DNA of 64,000 bases, taken from assembly GCA_034669905.1 (NCBI GenBank), contig JAXMOL010000012.1, positions 64,001 through 128,000 on the forward strand, written 5' to 3'. Made by a program: the position numbers and the translations under genes. Of this stretch, positions 59,087 through 64,000 are shown piece by piece. The stretch's first letter is position 1. Each line of letters starts with the position of its first letter. The notes beneath the pieces were generated by a model. The model had not been told where the DNA came from, did not search any database, and saw only the letters and a program-made list of their open reading frames with translations. Source of the stretch: Candidatus Hydrogenedentota bacterium (GTDB taxonomy: Bacteria > Hydrogenedentota > Hydrogenedentia > Hydrogenedentales > JAEUWI01).

Positions 59087-59785
59087 ATGTATATTGCGAA
59101 CCGTGTTTTTACCGCACTCCTATTCTTCGCGGTACTTCCGTCCGTTTGGGCAGAGACCATCGTCGGAAAGGTCGTCGCCATTGCAGACGGCGATACCGTC
59201 ACCGTCCTGCAGCAGGAGACCCCCATCAAGGTTCGGCTGCATGGGGTCGACACGCCTGAAAGCAAGCAGGATTTCGGAACGGCGGCGAAGAACTTCACCG
59301 GTGATCGCTGTTTCGGCGAGGTGGTAACGGTGGTCGTCACGGACACGGACCGCTACGGCCGCAAGGTGGGGCTGGTCGTGTTGAAAGACGGGCGGGTGCT
59401 CAACCACGAGCTCGTTGCAGCGGGATTGGCCCATTGGTACGCCGACTATGCGCCCCACGATGAAACGCTCCGGCGTCTCCAGGACGAGGCCATGGCGGCA
59501 AAGCGGGGACTGTGGTCCCGAGCCGACGCCATTACACCCCAGGATTTCCGTCAGGGAAAAGGGAAAGGGGGTGGTGCGCCCTACAATCCGCCGGAAGTCA
59601 CCGATCGCGATTTTTCACCGACGTCGGACGGCGGGACACCGGCAGCAGATGGGACCGTGTATGTCACCCAGAGTGGCACCAGGTTTCATCGGTCCACCTG
59701 CCGCTTCCTGAAGGACAGTCGTCGTCCATTGACCCGGGCCCGGGCCGAGGCGTCCTACCAGCCCTGTGGCGTCTGTAAGCCCTGA
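59087..59785 (+). CDS. Thermonuclease (SNase) with C-terminal Ada-like metal-binding domain
   Basis: IADGDTV, VRLHGVDTPE, DRYGR, KRGLW; tail VYVTQSGTRFHRSTC...PCGVCKP. Confidence 0.92.
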   Translation: MYIANRVFTALLFFAVLPSVWAETIVGKVVAIADGDTVTVLQQETPIKVRLHGVDTPESKQDFGTAAKNFTGDRCFGEVVTVVVTDTDRYGRKVGLVVLKDGRVLNHELVAAGLAHWYADYAPHDETLRRLQDEAMAAKRGLWSRADAITPQDFRQGKGKGGGAPYNPPEVTDRDFSPTSDGGTPAADGTVYVTQSGTRFHRSTCRFLKDSRRPLTRARAEASYQPCGVCKP

Positions 59786-59800
59786 GCGTCGGACCACCCG

Positions 59801-60916
59801 CTACATTCGGAAACGTGAGCCGCCCCGTCGTTTGAAGGACATGCCCGGCGATGCTTTCGAATCCTCATCCTGCGCTTCGGTTTGTTCCGGGGCCTCTTCG
59901 GTCTGGGGCGCAGGGCCTTCCAGTCGTTCCACCGGCTCAAAGGTACGGAAGGGGAGTTCTTCCGGCACCCGCTCCGGGCCGCGCTTCTCCCGACGGGTAG
60001 GCAGGCGGGTTACGTCGAAGGTGTCTTCTTTCTTCGCAGCCACCACGGTGGCCGCTGGAACGAGACTATAGCCGATGATGTCGCCCAGGTCGATGAGGAA
60101 GGCGAGAATCAGGAAAAAGATCTCGTTCCACCCCACCGTTCCAAAATCGAAGAGGCGCTCAAAGACCGCAAAGAAAGGATTCTCCAGGGAGACGGGGGCG
60201 GGAAGGGCCACACCAGCCAGCGCGCCCACGTTCTTGGCTTCGACCCGCAGTTTATCCTGCAGGGCGTTCACCTCGGCAATGTTCTCGGGGCGGCTCTCAG
60301 ACAAGATACGGTCTGCGGCCACCTGGGCGGCGAGGGCTTCGTCAATGGCGGCAACTTCTACGGCCACCTCTTTGCTCAAGACGGTGAGTCGGTGATCTTC
60401 CGAACGGGCACGGGTTCCATAGCCCGCCGGCGCCTCCCGCAATCCCCGGACTTCGGCGTCCAGCTCGCCCTCCTGTCGTGCGAGGGATATCTCGGCGGCC
60501 TGCTTCTGTGCCATGAGCTTCGTGCGAACTTCACTAAGGTAATCGCCATAGCTGCTTTTTACCTTGTTGGTCGAGTGGCTGAGGAAGAAATCCTGGTTGC
60601 TCACGCGGTAGAGTACATCCATATTGAAGGTGATGGAGATAAAAGCCACTATGGTCAGGCCCACCACGCCCATGAAGTTCAGCTTCTTCTGCTGGTCTAC
60701 GATGGCGAGTTTGAGGGCAAAGAGCATGAGTCCGATGGCCACCGAGAGGCCCAGCGCGAAAATGGAGCAATTCCACGTCAAGGTGTCCGTCAGCGGTATG
60801 GGGATTTTGGGTTCGGGCAGGATGGAATCCTGCAGACTGGCGTAGGTGGTCCACATGGAGACCAGCGTCAGAATTACCATGGCCACAAAAATGGCCCCTT
60901 TTGATACTCCGCCCAT
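59801..60916 (-). CDS. Hypothetical membrane protein with coiled-coil region (DUF4407-like architecture)
   Basis: Three N-terminal TM segments, a heptad-rich middle, one C-terminal TM segment and a charged tail. Confidence 0.65.
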   Translation of the reverse strand: MGGVSKGAIFVAMVILTLVSMWTTYASLQDSILPEPKIPIPLTDTLTWNCSIFALGLSVAIGLMLFALKLAIVDQQKKLNFMGVVGLTIVAFISITFNMDVLYRVSNQDFFLSHSTNKVKSSYGDYLSEVRTKLMAQKQAAEISLARQEGELDAEVRGLREAPAGYGTRARSEDHRLTVLSKEVAVEVAAIDEALAAQVAADRILSESRPENIAEVNALQDKLRVEAKNVGALAGVALPAPVSLENPFFAVFERLFDFGTVGWNEIFFLILAFLIDLGDIIGYSLVPAATVVAAKKEDTFDVTRLPTRREKRGPERVPEELPFRTFEPVERLEGPAPQTEEAPEQTEAQDEDSKASPGMSFKRRGGSRFRM

Positions 60917-61253
60917 GACAGGGAACTCCCATTGATTAATCGCGGACTTGAGCCATCCACATCGACCGCCCGGTAACTATTATCCGTCGCGGGAGAAAAA
61001 AGTTCCGGACCGGGGGTAGCGCCGTCTTGCGCGGGGGCGCTACGTGCTTTACGATACGCCTTGTGGCGAAAATGCGCAAGTCTGGAAACCGGGTGGCCCC
61101 GGCGCGGGTCCCTTAGGGGGCCGAGTAATCCGATGTGGGTCATACTGGCATTGTGGCCTGTTCATCCATCGCGACGCGCGTCGAGCGCGTACGGTAAGAC
61201 ACCGCAGGCCTACGTGTGGCACGAGAACAACCGCCAGCGGAGAAAGAGAATCC

Positions 61254-62606
61254 ATGCCCCAATCACCCCGTCGTAAACCGAGCCTCAAACGCCGCCTTTT
61301 CAAGTGGGGCGCTGTTACTGTCGCCGTAGGTATCCTGTTGGTAGTGCTCGTGCTCGCCGTTGTTGCCCGGGGTGCCCTCTATAACCGCTTCGTCAAATTT
61401 CCCAAAGAAGCGGCGGCCTGGGAATCCATCCGCGCCAACCTGCAACCCGTGACCCTGGACGACGGGTGGGGGGCTTATCGGGGAAACTGCCACAGCCACT
61501 CCTACATTTCTCACGACAGCCAGGTGCCCTTCGAGGAAATACTGGCTGCTCTCAAAGTGGCCGAACGCGACTTCATCTTCATGACTGACCACGTGGTCGA
61601 CGACATTGCCGATTATTCCATCCAATGGAAGGGCATGAAGGATGGTATCCTGTTTGTGCGTGGCTACGAGATGGGCAGCGGGTTTATGCCCTGGGGCCTG
61701 CCCGACGACACCATTCTACGGCGGAGCACCGAGGACGAGCTTCTCGCCCAGCAAATCGAAGAAAAAGGGGGACTGCTCTTCTTCGCCCATTCCGAAGAGG
61801 AACGGCAGTGGGACTTGCCCGAACTCGACGGTATGGAGATCTACAATCTGCATACCGACACGAAGGACGAGGGCGGAAACTTTTATCTATCCCTGCTGGG
61901 CGACATCATCCTCAGTCTGGACCAATACCCCGACCACGTGATCCGCTTGCTCTTCGACCGGCAGACCGAGATCCTGGCCAACTGGGACCGGCTGAATAAG
62001 ACCCGGAAGATCGTTGGCATCCAAGGCACCGATGCGCACCAGAACAACGGCTTTATCGCCACCTACGTGGATGGAAAGCTCCGGGTGGAGGACACCAGTC
62101 CCCAGGAAGTGGGGGAATGGGAACTGAATTTCTTCACCCGGAATCTGCTCCGGCTGTTTTTTGGTAATTTTTCAGAAGGCGACGAGGTCTTCCGTTTTCA
62201 ACTGGACCCCTACGAGCGGATGGTGCGCTATTCGGCCACCCATATCCTGGCGAACGAATTGACCGAGGAGGCCTTGCTCGACGGCCTGAAAGAGGGGCGG
62301 GTCTTCGTCGGCTTCGACATGATTGCCGATTGTCGGGGTTTCGTGTACTTCGCGGAAGATGGGGGCCAAAAGGCGGTCATGGGGGAATCGATGCCCCTCA
62401 GCGATACCGTGCGTCTTCGGGCCGGGGCACCCCACATGGGCCGCTTCACCGTGGTGCACGATGGGGTGGCCATCTACCAGCACACGGGCACGGAGCTCGA
62501 CTGGCATCCCACCCTGCCGGGCAACTATCGGGTGGAAGTCGAACTGATGATTGTGGACGAATGGGTTCCCTGGATTTACACCAATCCCCTCCGCATCACG
62601 TCCTGA
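61254..62606 (+). CDS. Membrane-anchored PHP-domain metallohydrolase (CehA/McbA-like)
   Basis: GNCHSHSYISHDS, FMTDH, FAH, GMEIYN, GTDAH. Confidence 0.75.
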   Translation: MPQSPRRKPSLKRRLFKWGAVTVAVGILLVVLVLAVVARGALYNRFVKFPKEAAAWESIRANLQPVTLDDGWGAYRGNCHSHSYISHDSQVPFEEILAALKVAERDFIFMTDHVVDDIADYSIQWKGMKDGILFVRGYEMGSGFMPWGLPDDTILRRSTEDELLAQQIEEKGGLLFFAHSEEERQWDLPELDGMEIYNLHTDTKDEGGNFYLSLLGDIILSLDQYPDHVIRLLFDRQTEILANWDRLNKTRKIVGIQGTDAHQNNGFIATYVDGKLRVEDTSPQEVGEWELNFFTRNLLRLFFGNFSEGDEVFRFQLDPYERMVRYSATHILANELTEEALLDGLKEGRVFVGFDMIADCRGFVYFAEDGGQKAVMGESMPLSDTVRLRAGAPHMGRFTVVHDGVAIYQHTGTELDWHPTLPGNYRVEVELMIVDEWVPWIYTNPLRITS

Positions 62607-62779
62607 GCGACTTCATCGCGGCGTGAACGCGAATACATGATCACGAGGCGCAGGGTGCTGGTGTCCGAACTGCTTTCAGGTCCCCTTCGGCCGTTATACG
62701 AATAGTACGAAGCGGATAGTTTCCGGTTCTGCTTGACATCCCGGCCCGTTCAACCGATCATGGAGCAGTGAATAGCGGT

Positions 62780-64000
62780 ATGTTCATAGTCAATTGGCGC
62801 GACACGGGAAATACCCTGCGGCGTGCCCTGTGGTTCTCTGTGACCGCCTGGGGCCTGCTTGTTTCGTGGGGCTTTTCTGCGGTGCCCCATGCGCCCGCGT
62901 CGCCCTATGCCGAGGCGTACCTCCGAGGGAACTACCAGGAGGCGCTCGATACCCTGGAAGGGGAAGTGGGGGACGTGGCGCGGAATCTGCCCACTGACTG
63001 GGCGTTGGACCGCGCAGAGCTCCTCTTTATCCTGGGTCGGGGCGAAGAAGCCCTGGTGGCCATGCGCGATGTGGCCCAGTCCATGCAAGAGCCCTATTAC
63101 ACCGTCCGACTGGCCGAGATGCTCCGGGAACTGGGACGTTACTCCGATGCGGACCAGGCGGCGCAATGGGCCTTTCAGCAGAACCAGGCCTACTATGCAC
63201 CCCAGCAATTTCCCCGGGAGAACCTGTTGGCCCTGGGGCGGCTGGTCCGGCTTCGTGGCGAAAACCCCAACCGGGTGCTCCAGATTTACCAACAACGGCT
63301 CCTGGCGCGCGATCCAAACTACATCCCCGGCTTCGTAGAGGCAGGGGAATTGGCGCTGGCCAGCTATGGCTATGATATCGCCGAAGAGTATTTTCTGGCG
63401 GCTCTGGCGTTGGACGATACGCGGCAAGATGCCCTGGCCGGACTTGCCGAGACCTATTGGAAGGCGGGTGATCCCCGCTTCGAAGCGGTACGGGAACGAC
63501 TCGAAGGGCTCAATCCCCATCACCCGCGACTGCAATGTATGGTTGTGTCCCAAAGCCTCGCGGCCGATGACCGGGAAACGGCGGAGCGTCTGCTGGACGA
63601 CCTGCTCTCGATTAACGCCTCCCACCGCGAGGGCCTGGCCTATCGAGCCGCCCTGGCTTTTCTGAAGGATGATGCCGACGGGCAGGCGGCGGCGCTGAAG
63701 CGCTTGAGTGAATTGGATCCTCTGCGGGGGGACGGTTTCCACATCGTAGGAGAAGTGGCCGCGCGCCATTATCGTTTTGAGGAAGCCGTGGAACTCTTGC
63801 GCACCGGGGTGGCCGTCGAGCCCGACAATGTAGCGATTCAGTCGGCCCTGGGGCTCAACCTTTTGCGCATTGGTGAGGACGAAGCCGGCCGCGCGATCCT
63901 GGAAGAGGCCTTCGAGGAAGACCGCTTCAACGTGCAGATTTACAACATGCTCGAAGTGCTCGACAGTATGGCGGCCTTCGACACCCTGAACACACCCGCC
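62780..64000 (+). CDS. Secreted TPR-repeat protein (3' end runs off the window)
   Basis: Manual translation gives MFIVNWRD...YLRGNYQEALDTL at the start and EEAVELLRTGVAVEPDNVAIQSALGLNLLRIG...FNVQIYNMLEVLD in the same frame at the window edge; absent from the ORF track, consistent with no in-frame stop. Confidence 0.8.
   Translation, partial: MFIVNWRDTGNTLRRALWFSVTAWGLLVSWGFSAVPHAPASPYAEAYLRGNYQEALDTLEGEVGDVARNLPTDWALDRAELLFILGRGEEALVAMRDVAQSMQEPYYTVRLAEMLRELGRYSDADQAAQWAFQQNQAYYAPQQFPRENLLALGRLVRLRGENPNRVLQIYQQRLLARDPNYIPGFVEAGELALASYGYDIAEEYFLAALALDDTRQDALAGLAETYWKAGDPRFEAVRERLEGLNPHHPRLQCMVVSQSLAADDRETAERLLDDLLSINASHREGLAYRAALAFLKDDADGQAAALKRLSELDPLRGDGFHIVGEVAARHYRFEEAVELLRTGVAVEPDNVAIQSALGLNLLRIGEDEAGRAILEEAFEEDRFNVQIYNMLEVLDSMAAFDTLNTPA

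Noticed and set aside
1..64000. CRISPR arrays, tRNA or rRNA genes
   Set aside because: No regularly spaced repeat-spacer array or recognisable structural RNA gene was seen; the short-period arrays lack unique spacers.

Overview
GC-rich bacterial chromosomal window, probably Candidatus Hydrogenedentota or another PVC-like lineage. This is inferred from a DUF1559 prepilin/H-X9-DG protein with the FNHxPGGxNVLxxDGHVEF tail, a PVC-type haem-binding CxxCH protein and sulfatases. No rRNA, tRNA, CRISPR array or transposase gene was found. In order, the window holds: an imuA-imuB-dnaE2 mutasome operon (minus strand, dnaE2 truncated by the left edge) with a palindromic SOS-like operator filling its promoter spacer; a four-helix-bundle gene between 113-bp direct repeats and 9-mer arrays; a sulfatase, a sialidase-like protein and a photolyase; a ~16-kb envelope-modification region (ArnT-like, LAB_N, ICMT-like, a CusRS-like two-component system, a SAM methyltransferase, three tandem AftB-like GT-C paralogues and two more GT-C-like proteins); a GGQ ribosome-rescue factor; a Zn-ribbon/kinase/TPR/WD40 gene convergent with a degenerate NB-ARC-TPR gene; an Fe ABC pair; an SGNH plus haem protein pair; an AGMO-like desaturase, SDR, GDPD, purU, peptidases, RlmD-like methyltransferase, thermonuclease and a TPR gene truncated by the right edge. 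The intergenic DNA is unusually rich in small repeats: two MITE copies with 8-bp target duplications, REP-like hairpins, 7/9/10-mer tandem arrays and a 270-bp tandem duplication. The most striking observations are (i) a repeat-mosaic 177-codon ORF joining imuB to dnaE2 through ATGA overlaps at both ends, (ii) the four-helix-bundle/9-mer repeat module, (iii) the MITE family with its dispersed internal motif, and (iv) the multi-GT-C island. All calls come from reading motifs by eye; no database searches were run.
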